Origin: Vitrella brassicaformis CCMP3155
Lineage: Eukaryota; Protista; Chromerida
Assembly (NCBI GenBank): GCA_001179505.1
Contig: CDMY01000878.1
Span: 1-64,000 of the forward strand
Direction of reading: 5' to 3'
Length of the DNA: 64,000 bases
The translations under genes and the position numbers were made by a program. The notes under the pieces were generated by a model, which did no database searches, was not told where the DNA came from, and saw only the letters and a program-made list of their open reading frames with translations. Every line of letters starts with the position of its first letter. The first letter of the stretch is position 1. Shown here one piece after another: positions 22,311 to 33,700 of this stretch.

Positions 22311-23442
22311 ATGATCTGTGAGGGACAAGTTGTTCGACAGCTGGTGCCTCTGCTTGCCCTGATGTCAGTCAAGACAGCCGCAGCATCTCTCAGCGCCTTC
22401 CTGCCAACCATCTCCCACCGCAGCGCCATGGAAAGATCCCGCTTCATGGCTGGCGTGACCCGCCGGCTCTCATCAGCTGATGGTCCGTGCATGCGCCTCA
22501 AACACACACGCGCTCGAGCCTTGCCGTGTTCCTCTCTCTGCTGTGTCTGTGTTTTTGCAGCCTCGACATCGACTGGACCTCCTCCTCGCGGCACAGCGTT
22601 TGTGCAGGCAGGATCCGGTGGGCTGGGCATTGCCATCTGCAAAGAGCTCCTGAGGTCTGGCTATGGCGAGGTCATCGCCTCCCACAACCGACCGCCCTCG
22701 GCCGCCTTCCAAGAGCTACTCGACCGTTATGGTGGCGGTGAGCACAAGCGCCTTCACCAGGTGCATCTGGACATAACCGACGAGGCCTCTATCGAGGCCG
22801 CCAGCCAGTGGGTGGAGGGGTCTGTTGGTGCTGAGGGGCTGGATCTCGTGATTGTGGCGTCGGGCATGCTGCATCCGTCGGGCAGGGGCGAGACGTCGAT
22901 CAGCAAAGTGACTCAGGCCGACTTGCAGCGGACCTTCGCCGTCAATTGTGTGGGGCATGCCCTGGTGGCGAAATGGTTCAGCCCGTTGCTCGTCCGCAGG
23001 TCGGTCGGTAGGAGGCTCGCCCTGATCATCCATCTCTCTCTCTCCATGGATCTCTCTTGCCGTGTGTGTCCGCCCGTGCAGATCACAGCGAGTGTGTGCG
23101 GCAGATCGTCCCCCGCGGCTTGTCAACATCTCGGCGCGCATCGGGTCTATCAGCGACAACCGATTGGGCGGCTGGTACGGCTACAGGATGTCCAAGGCGG
23201 CCCTCAACCAGCTGACGAGGACGCTGAGCGTCGAGCTGGGCAAGCGGAATGTGTGTGTGTTCTCGGTGCATCCCGGGACGGTGGACACGGACTTCTCGAG
23301 ACCCTACCACAAGAACGTGCCCGAAGAGCAGCTCTTCCCGGCAGACAAGTCTGCGAGTATGCTGGTGAAGCTGATGAATGAGGCGAGTATGGAGCAGAAC
23401 GGGCGGTTCTTTGCGTATGACGGGAGTGAGATACCTTGGTGA
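22311..23442 (+). CDS. C-factor (CsgA/sniffer)-like classical short-chain dehydrogenase/reductase, probably organelle-targeted; 3 exons
   Basis: Glycine-rich VQAGSGGLGIAICKELL, LDITDEASI, LDLVIVASGMLHP, FAVNCVGHALVAK, VNISARIGSISDNRLGGWYGYRMSKAALNQ (YxxxK), VHPGTVDTDFSRPY, GRFFAYDGSEIPW*. Two GT-AG introns splice in frame. The start could be 22311 or 22362. Confidence 0.92.
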
Positions 23443-23861
23443 CTGACGGGAAGGTAGTGTACAGCTAGCTGTTGGTCGTGTGTGGCAGGAGGGAGGCGGG
23501 GCGAGAAGTAGATCGGTCGGCAGGGTGTGAGAGCGACGCTCTCGGGCCCTTCTGTGTATACAGAACACAGCTCATCGGTGGATGGATAGACACGTCCATA
23601 AAATTTCAGTGAGTGGGTCGTCGGATGGATGCAGACAGAACGCACAGAGAAAAGGCCGGCCAGAACGGCCCCAAACACCGACAGACTCAAACGAGCGTTA
23701 CACACACACAAGATAAACAGATGGACAAACCCACTGCACCTGCGCGCCTACACACACTCACACATACACAAGTCCTGCAAGCTACACACCCACGGCTCAA
23801 TCAGTGAGTGCCCCACTCCCTCCCCCCGCCACCCACACCACACCCCACACCCCCAGTCATG

Positions 23862-26800
23862 TCATGCTTTGAGCAGCCAGTCGGCCTTGCGACGGTCGAT
23901 GAGGTCCCGCGCCTCTTCAACCACCTCCTGCCCCTCCACCCCAAACTCCCCGCCCATGATTCGCCGTGCGTCCTGATAGGCCATGTGGAGCAGCTCCCTC
24001 TCCTCTGGCGGGTCGACGCCCGGCGGTGGCCGCAGGTCCGACTCGCCGTGCTGCGCCGTACCGAAGACCGTCCCCTCACCCCGGATGGTCAGGTCCTCCT
24101 CCGCCAATACAAACCCGTCGTACGTCGCACACATGACTGCAAACCGACGACGGGCCTTGACAGTCAACTGCATGGCATACATATGGAAGGGAGAGAGCAC
24201 CACCGGAATGAAATGGTCGGTCTGTCTGTCTGTCCGTTTGCCCGTTTGTTTCTCTTATTACGTTTTCGGCGCCGTCTTGGTCGGTGAATTGGGTGAGGAG
24301 GAGGCAGGATGCCGGGTCGGTGGATCGTCCGACGCGGCCCCTGAGCTGGTGCAGCTGGCAGAGGCCGAACCGGTGTGCGTCGTCGACGACCATGATGGAT
24401 GCGGACGGGATGTCAATGCCCACCTCAATCACAGTCGTCGCCACCAAGATGTCCACACGCCTAGGCACATGAGGGAGGGAAGTCCGGCCATTCACACAAG
24501 GGGTGAGTCTTGGTTTCTATACCGTTGCCGGAATTCTTCCATGACGGCCTCCTTGTGGCTCGGCCGCATCTGCCCGTGCATGAGACCGAACCTGATCTCA
24601 GGCAGCAGCTGCTGCAGCCGGGCGTGCTCCTCAATCGCTGCTCGCGCCTGGACAAAGAGGCAACGATGTCACTCACTTGCAGTAGGATAGACACATTCCT
24701 ATCAACCACCCGCCGTGCCGTACCTCGATTCGTTCGCTGACGTTGACGAGGGGGCAGACCCAGTAGCCCTGCCGCCCCTCTGATACCTCTTGCCGCAGCC
24801 GCTCGTAAACCGACGCCATCGTGTGGTTGTCCGCCTTGTCTATCACCTCTGTCGCCACCTCACGGCGACCTGCACACACAACAGAGTGAATGAATGTCGG
24901 AGACGACGCTGTGCAAAGGGGCCTGCCTGCCTGCCTGCTTGTTTTGTTTATCACCAGGTGGCATTTCGTCGAGTCGTGATTCGAGCAGGTCGCCGTACTG
25001 CGTCATGACCTGTGTGCGGGGGATGGGCGTGGCCGTCATCAGCAGCACATCAGGAGTGCAGCCGCCCGCCAGCTGACCCTTCACACGCAGTACCACTCGC
25101 TGATTCACACCGAACCTGAATCAATCAATATGTATGTGACCCCCATGTGTGTGTGGATGGGATGGGCAGGAGGTTTTGGTGTGCACCGCACCCACCTGTG
25201 TTGTTCGTCGACAACCACCAGGCCCAGCTTGTAGTAGTGGACAGTGTCCTCCAGCAGAGCGTGTGTGCCCACCACAATGTCCACCAGGCCAGTCTGACGC
25301 ATCCAGACGTCCATTGAGGGAGGACACATCCCGACGTCCAGCTGGTCTGTTTGTCTGTCTGTCTGTCTGTCTGCGCGTCTCACCTTGAGCCCCTCGATGG
25401 TGTCCTGTCGGTCCGGCGAGTCTGACGTCAGCAGCTCGATGCGAATACCCATCGGAGCGCACAGACGGCGCAACCTGATTGACGGACGACCAACACAAAG
25501 CAGCAGCCGGCCACGTGTTGGTGTGTTAACAGATCATCTGCATGTCTGTACCTATGGCTTGCTTACGTGAGGTAGTGCTGTCCTGCAAGGTTCTCGGTCG
25601 GCGCGAGCACCGCGCCCTGCCGCCCCGACCCCACTGCCTGCAGCAGCGCACCCACGGCCACCACTGTCTTGCCCGCACCGACGTCACCCTGACAGACACA
25701 CACCAGACAGACACTCACATGTGCGGACGGACATCAGACGTGCATCTTCTCCCCCTCCTGACCTGCAGGAGTCTGTGCATGGGGTGGTCGGCGGCCATGT
25801 CGGTGGTGACCTCATCGAGTACCCGCCGCTGTGCGTTGGTGAGGTTGAAGGGCAGACTCTCCAGGAACCGCCGCATCATGCTGCCGTCCCCTCCCGTGTT
25901 GGCCACTCCAGGCCACCGGCGGCTGATGGCCTCGCGACGATGCAGCACTGAAAGAAGACCGCACATAAACACACAGATACATACCAACAGGCACACATGA
26001 TCGATAATCAACTAGGTGGATGGATGGATGGCTGGCTGGATGTCACTTCACCTACCGGCGAGCTGCATGCGCAAAAGAGAGTCGTAGTACAACCGACGTC
26101 TCGCCTCTGGCACCTCCTCTACTGACTGTGGAAAATGGAGACGACGGACGGCCTCGCCGCGACCTGAATCAATCAACAGGGATAACAAACACACACCTGA
26201 TGCACACACACACGGATCCAGCCAGCCCTATGGAACCTAACCTACCAATGAGCTTCCTTTCCTCGATGAGTCGTTGTGGCAGTGCCTCACGCACCACAGG
26301 GAAGGCTTCCAGCGCCTGCTGCATCACACTCAGCAGTATCTTGGGCGGGATGCCACCCACACCACCATACAGCGGCACCACTCGCCCCGTGAAGCCTGTC
26401 GCTGGTGAGGCGTCGTCATTGTCGTCGGACGGCTGGTTGATAGCGGCGCTAAGCGCCTGGATGGTGGTGCCGGGGGGCACTGGGGGTGGTGCGCTGGGGT
26501 CTGATGAAGGCGGGGGTGCGTTGAAGGGGTCGAAAATGACCTGCACGTCGGGCGTCCGCATCTCCAGACCGCCCTTACGGCGCTCAACCTGACACCAAAG
26601 AACGACAAAGCAGCATCCATCCATCCATCCCTCCATCCATCCATCCATCCATCATGTACCTTCCCGCCGAGTGCGACGACCATGCCCTTCCTGAGCTGTG
26701 CGGCCCTGAACTCCTGGTTGAACCACACAGCGGACAGCCGCCCACCCGCCTCGTCCTTGACCACCACCTTGGTGATCCGCGTGCCCGTCCTGGCCTTGAA

Positions 26801-27459
26801 GTGCGACATGCTCGCGATCTCCCCACACACAGTCACCTCCCTCTCGAGAGCAGCGTCGTCGGCCGCACGCTCCTTGGGGGTTGACGGGCGACGGCGGCTG
26901 GGCAGCAGGGTCTTGATGGAAGACACATCCTGATTGAATCAACGAGTGAGTGAATGACCACACACACACGCCCAGCCCAGCTCACCTCTCGGTCGACGTA
27001 TCTTCTTGGGAAGAAAAGCAGCAAATCCGAGATGGAGTGCACGTTTGCCTCAGCCAGCACCATCTGTCGCTTGCTCGAGATGCCTTTCAACCGCGTGACG
27101 GAGATGCGGCTCAGATCTCGCAGCGAGACGCCCTCGTTGCTCTGCAGCAGCACCTTACGCGCCTCGGCCAGCGGCAGCCACTCCAACCTAACACCATCGA
27201 ACGGCCTCCTACCACCACCACCTTCAGTCGTATCGACGCGCGGCCGCGATGCCACTGGCCGGGCGGGCGGCTCCTTGAGTGCAGCACTCAGCCTCGGTTG
27301 CAGTGCATCACGGTGAGATAAGTGCCGCCTTCGCTGCCTATTGTCGTGTGGATGAGGTCCGTGCCGTCCTCGCAGAGCCACTAGTGATGTGAAGGCCAGC
27401 TGGTGGGCGGCAGACAGGACGACCATCGATGTGAAGCAGACCACGACGAGCAGAAGCAT
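23862..27459 (-). CDS. recG: ATP-dependent DNA helicase RecG (bacterial type) with a bipartite signal/transit-like leader, likely plastid-targeted
   Basis: N-terminal region [15 protein letters not shown] and wedge OB-fold ([15 protein letters not shown]). Helicase region: [98 protein letters not shown] motif region [16 protein letters not shown]. Leader [23 protein letters not shown]. Confidence 0.95.
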
Positions 27460-27740
27460 GCTACGCTCCCTGCAGGAGAGATCTACATGTGATCTGCAGG
27501 ATCAGACCTGCACGCTTTGCCAGGATGTGTCTGAAGCGACAATAAGCAGCTTGCACAGCCGGAAAGAGACAAACGGCGCGAGGCAGAACGAATGAACGAA
27601 CGATGAATGGGATCGCTTGACAGATCGCGGCCGATGTCCGAAAGGAAGAACAACGAAGAGGAGTTTGCCGGCATGAGGTCTTATCGCATTGAATGATGCC
27701 ATATGAAGCGCATTGGTGAAAATGCGGCAGCAAATCTCTG

Positions 27741-30700
27741 ATGCCTCACGCCTCGACTTCGATGCCCTCCCTTTCGCCCTCGTTCAGCCTCCCACATCTC
27801 TGCCTCATCACCGCACTGCTACTGCTCATCCAACTCGCTCACTCTATGATGCAACGAAGCAAGGCCATCGACCCTTCCGCCTCTTTCATCGCACCCAGGC
27901 GCCATGCAGCGACAGATCCCACCACTATCACGCCTCTCGCCCGACGCAGGATGGTTCGTCGTCGCAGAGGGTCAGGATGCACTACCCAGATGGCGGCCAA
28001 CCGTGCCCCTTCCACTGCTCGGCGAGGCGGCCGCCCCAAGAAGGCCGCAGTCCCCACTCTTATGGGGAGCGACCAAAGAAGCGTCAAGGACCGCATTCGG
28101 CAGGCGAGAGATCCCGAGGACGTCCTGCTCGCACTGCAGCAGCCCGGCTCACGCCTCGACGCCTGGACGTGCAGCTATGCGATGATTGTACTGACCAAGG
28201 TGACGCAGCCACGTCGACGCGCGTGGCTTCGAGCGCAGCCCTTTTTCATGAGGATGGTGGAGCAGATCGTCAGCAGCCCCGACGGGCTGGACGGCCGGTC
28301 TCTGGCAACCTGCCTCTGGTCACTCACCAAGCTGGATGTGCCGCTGTCGGACCAGGACCTGCGTCGCTATGGGGAGGCGATTGCCGTGTCGGCGCCTCGG
28401 CTGACGCCCTCGGATGTGGGCTTCCTGTGGTGGGCGATAGGGGAGAGGGGCATGACGGACAGACGGATGCTGAATGTCGTGATGGACCGGTCGGTGCGGG
28501 TATTCGGGCGGCTGGGGGAGCAGGGCAAGGCCGTCATGATTGCCGCACTGGCCAAGCTGGCGGCTGTGGATGGCCAGCTGCCCACTGACCTGAGGCTAGC
28601 CGATGAGTTTTTGCCCGTAAGTGAAGTGAGGGCATCAGTCAGGACGAAAGCAACGAACCAGCCGCCTTCATCGCATCGGGCTGTCGGTTGTCTTTCTCTG
28701 TCAGATGTTTGCGTCTTCCCTGATGGAGTTCCTTCAGCAGCCTCCGACCAGGAACACGGCTGCGTACCTGGCCCACTCGCTCGAGAGCCTCTCCAAGCTC
28801 CACCACCCCTCCATGCCCCTCCTCACAGCCGCTGCCACCGCCATCAGTGGCCAGCACACGGACCTAGCTCAATGGTCCAAGCCGCAACTCTTCATGTTTC
28901 TGACGGGCTTCCGCAAGATGGTGGAGACGCTCGAGGGTGGCAGGACAGACGCCCGGCCACCCGAGGCGATTGAGGGCATGATGGTGGCGCTGACGGCGGG
29001 GCTGGAGGCCCACCTGTCGACTGTGCTGCCGCAGGGGCTCGACGCCATGATCACTACTGTGTGGTACCTTTCACACGGCGGGCCCTATAGTGATTACTAC
29101 CGGCAGCACCACCCCCTTGACGCCTCATCTCCCAGGAGCAGCAGCAGCAGCAGCCACGTCAGCCGATCGCTGCTGAGGTTCTTTCAGGAGGCAGAGAGGG
29201 AGCTCTGCGCCCGGCTGTCGTCACCCGGGGCGACGGATGGCCTCCGTAAGGTCGATCTCTCGGGCACCATTGCGGCGTTGCGCGCGAGGGGCGGTGCTGG
29301 TGACGGACGGGCCAAGCTGGCGCAGATGCTGGAGGACCTCCACAACCCCTATCGGCAGGCCAACATGGAATTCAGGGTTCGTCTCAACGCTGGCTTCGAC
29401 TCGCCCAAGCAGCTGCTCCACGCCTGTGAGAGCTTCTCTGTCGACCCAACAGCAGCAGCGGACGAGCGGCCCGACGGCCCCTTCTTTGCATACGTCTCCG
29501 ATCGGCTGCCTGAGTCGCTCAGGGGGCGTCTGGTCAACCACACCACTGACACCACTGGCAGCATGATTGCTCACCTGGACGGCTTCAACATCGCAGCGGT
29601 CCTCAACCTGCTGGGCAAGCATGCTCCAGAGGACCCTGCTCATTCCCCGGATGCCCTGCACAGCGACCCTCGCTTCCTGGATCTCGTCATGCTCGCTGTC
29701 GACAAGCTGAGGTACAGCAGCACCATTGCCATGGCATCCGCCATCTGGGGGCTCACCAAGGCCGGGTGGTGGGACGCACTCAGCACCCGCACTCGGCTCG
29801 ACAACGACGAGCCGCCAGCCGAGAACAAGACGACCACAGCCACGGCGGGTGGTGTGCTTGAGGACGATCAAGGGCTGCTGGTCTTCCCTCGTGTGTTGGC
29901 GAATGGCGTCCGCAAGGAGGGGAGAGAGGCTGCTGAAAGACGACAGGCCATGGGCGAGCTGCAGGGGCTGTCTTATGGCTACCTGCTGGAGGACTGCATA
30001 TCGATGGCAAGTCGGGAGGAGCGACCCAACGCACAGGCTGTGGCCAACGTCGTGTGGGCTATGGGGAGGGTGGGCGTCGTCAATGAGACCCTGCTGGAGG
30101 CCATCACTGGTCTGGTGAACGTCACGCTTGCCGACCAGACTCCCCAGGGTGTGGCCAACATCCTCTTCGGCCTCGGGGCCCTGAACTGGCGGAGAGCGCC
30201 GGAGCTTGTCGATCGCCTGCTGGACCGCTTCACCTCGTTCGATTCCCAGTCGATCTCAGCACAGGGGCTTGCCAACGTCATGTGGGCGATCGCACGGCTG
30301 GAGTGGAAAGACCCGCTGATCCTCAAGGTGAGAAGACGCGCCATGCCATGCTAACCCATGTGTTTCCATCGATTTGCCTTTCGTGTGTGGACTGGACTGG
30401 GCAGCGGCTGTCTCCCCTGATTGCCGAGTGTCTTCATCGCAATGCGTTTGGCCCACGAGGGCTCGACCAGGTCTTCTGGGCGGCAGGGGCGCTGAGGTGG
30501 AACCCACCAGGGCTGCTGGATGCCCTCAGCGAAGCCCTCCTCTCCCTCGATGTGCCCCGTCGGATGCCTCTGTCCATGGCGCGGTCGCTGCTGTGGGCGA
30601 TGGGCCAGCTGGGGTACCGCCATGAGGACTTACTTGCCGCCATCGAGGCCAGGATTCTCGACCTCATCACGACGGCCACCACTGATGTACGAGTGGGTGG

Positions 30701-33700
30701 CGGGGCGGGGCGGGAAGAAAGAAGGGGGAGGTCATGTATCTTTTGTGGTCGATGGATCTGTGTGTGACTTGTCTGTCTGTCTGTCTGTCTGTGTGCAGGC
30801 GTGCACAGTGATCCTGATGGCGATGGGGGATCTCCAGTGGGCCCCCGCAGCCCTCCTGGACGCCGTCACTCTCAGACTGCTGTTCCTGTTCGAGTCGCTG
30901 CCCGCGAGTGCATCCATTCGGCACATCAACATGATCCTCAGAAGCCTCCGATCGCTCGGTCTGTCAGACCACCCCCTCCTCCACGCGGCCGTCCTGCAGC
31001 TGGCCGACACCTTCCAACGGCTGCTCACCCGCCCCGCCCCCTCACCCAAGGCGCTTTCTGCTGCTGCTGTAGCCGATGGTGAGAGCGATGTTGAGAATGA
31101 GGGTCGTCAATGGTCGTGGGACCTCGTTGGTGAGGAGCTGGGTAACGAGGAGGCCGCGGGGGTCTACTCTGCGACGCTTGCCAACCCTCTGGTGGAGATG
31201 GCCAGTCTGCCGCCGCTGCCCGAGGCGGTGGAGAGACCTCTGCTGGAGAATCTCGCTGACGTGAGAGCAGAGACGAGAAGAGAAGACATAGCGGGGGATG
31301 GCTGGATGAAATCAGGTGTGTGTATCTGTGTGTAGTTTGTGGCGTCGCGTCTGCCGTTGTTGGACGAGGCGAGTCTGACTCAGGCGCTGCGGCTGTTCAC
31401 TGCGCGGGGTCGCGTGATGCAGATACTGCAGCGGCTCATCACGGCAGCAGAGCACCTGAGAAACCTCGCAACCGACCACCCAGTCCTCGAAGCACCTGCC
31501 CGAAGGGTACGATTGTCGGGCCTTGGTGGAACTGCTCCCTCCCATGTGATTGATGCGATGCGCTGTCTCTCTGCTGTCCTCCAGGCCGCTCGGCTGGTGC
31601 TTTGGGCATTCGCGTCGATGCCGGTGGTCCCCCGTGACGCCATCGCGCCGTTCCTCAGCTCGGCGGTGTCTCATCTTGACAATGACAGCGGCCCGTCGCT
31701 CGTGAGACTCTTTTGGACACTCGCCAGGCTATATGTGCAGCTGCAGCCGCTGCAGTACGCTCACACGCACACAGACCGACCGACAAGTAGGCAGCAATGT
31801 TCATGTGTGTGCATGGAATGGACGTCTGCAGGGCGGACAGCCACCAGACGCTGCGGTCGCCCATCGACATGCCCTCCCCCATCGAGATGGCCGACGCAAT
31901 CCGCGTCTTCCACCAGCTACTCAAGCCACGACAAGGCCATGTCGACGGTGCGCCAGACCGCGTCCAGGAGCTGCAGCTGAGGGACATCGCAGTGCTGGTG
32001 GAGACGTGCGACCTCCTCACAGCCACACGGACCTTCCCTCCCAATCGAGTCCTCCTGGACAAGGTCGTCGCGCGCCTGCGGACCTGCTGTGTGGCCATGG
32101 CCACCACCCGGACACACACGCCAGTGTGCAGCGCGGACTCCCGCAACCAGCGGCTGGTCGACCTGGTGCAGATCGCCAGCCGCTCGCACAAGGTCTTCGG
32201 ACATGTGCCGGAAGAGCTCATCGCCGCCCTGGCCACCGAGACGCTCTCATGCAGCAGCAGGTGGGGAGCCGAGGGCAGCCCGACTGACCGCGACGGCCGA
32301 TGGAGGTCCGTCGCCATCCGTGTGCTGTCGGAGCTGTGTCTGATTTGTCGCGAGCGGCAGCTGGACGAGCAGGCGCCTCCCACTGTGGACGAGCGGAGCC
32401 ATGGCAGCGCCACCAGGGAGGAAGAGGACGCCGACCGGCTGTGGGAGACTGTGCACAGGGGTCTGGCGGCTGTCGACAGCGAGGCCGCGGCTCACATGGA
32501 GAGGGACAGGGAGGAGGGGGATGGGACCGGGAGCCGCCCATGGCTGGACCGCTTGCTGGACTGCGTCATTGCAACGCTGCTGGAGGGTCTAGTGCGATCG
32601 GATCTGTCGACGATGCGGCCGAAGGAAGTGTCGTCTCTCGGCTTCGCCGTCACCCTCTTGCACGAGGCCTATCCCCCTGCAGATGGTGTGGCGCCGCAGT
32701 GGGTGCCCTTCCCCTCCCTCGAGCCGCATTGGAGCCGCTTCTACGCCGCCGTGCTGGATCGGCTGCTGTGCACGGTGGCGTACCAGCCGGAAGAGCTCGA
32801 CCACCTGTCTTTGGCGAGTCTGGTGTGGTCGATCGGGCACCTCCCTGGCGTGACGGATGGGACGTGGGAGACGGCGTTGAAGCGGTCGGTGCTGTCAGAG
32901 AGCCCGATGCGGATGGGCATGGTGCTGACGCGCTACATCGGCATGGACGGCAGGCGATACCGAAGAGAAAGATGGGGTCAGTCAGTGGTCGAACCGAACC
33001 GCACGCAGAGAGAGAGAGAGAGAGAGGCCGTCACATTCTCTCTCTCTGTTTGTCTCTGGGCGTGTGTCTGACAGCCCTTGGGGTCCGGTACTTCACGGGT
33101 GCCGGTGTGGAGTCCTTCCCGCGGCTGCAGGTGGACAGGAGATCGCGCATCTTCCTCGACCACGTGGTGGACCGCCTGTGTGAGCTATCACGGTGGGCCA
33201 GCGAACGGGACTCTGACGCAAGTGGTGTGGGTTGTGGGAGTGGTGGCGGGGATTCCATTGTGGGGATGGACCCGAACACGGGAGTGTCGGGGGCCTTCAG
33301 AGTGCTCATCAGGCAGACGACCCTCCCCTACCACTACGCAACGGTCGGTGCAGTACCCCTCCATCTTCACTTTACACACATGTTATGCATGGTCATTTTG
33401 GCCTCCCTCTCTCTCTCTTTGTTGTGCTCCATCCATCCATCCATCAGGTGTTTTGTGATTCTCTGCTCCGCAAGGCGTACCTCGACCTGGTTGTCGACCC
33501 AATGTCGTCCAGCGCCGAGACGGCCATCCCTGCCGTACCCATCGACGCAGACTCGCCTGCCCCCACCCAACCCCAATCTCTTTCGACCACGCCGCCCCTT
33601 CGGAGTGACGCGGGTGCATCGGCCGATGTGCCGCTGACGCTGCCCTTGGGCAGCCCGAAGGCGATGGTGGATGTGGCGTACATCGTGACGGGGGTGCTGC

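Noticed and set aside
21687-23381. 564-aa ORF suggesting an SDR with a long novel N-terminal domain
   Set aside because: The first ~200 codons run through intergenic DNA containing elements A/B, and the end reads into an intron. The real gene is the spliced SDR starting at ~22311-22362.
27460-27740. Further copies of elements A/B in other promoter regions (RecG/RAP spacer, 36430-36840, 13308-13392, 42000-42700)
   Set aside because: Read by eye and none found, so A/B are not universal promoter elements within this window.
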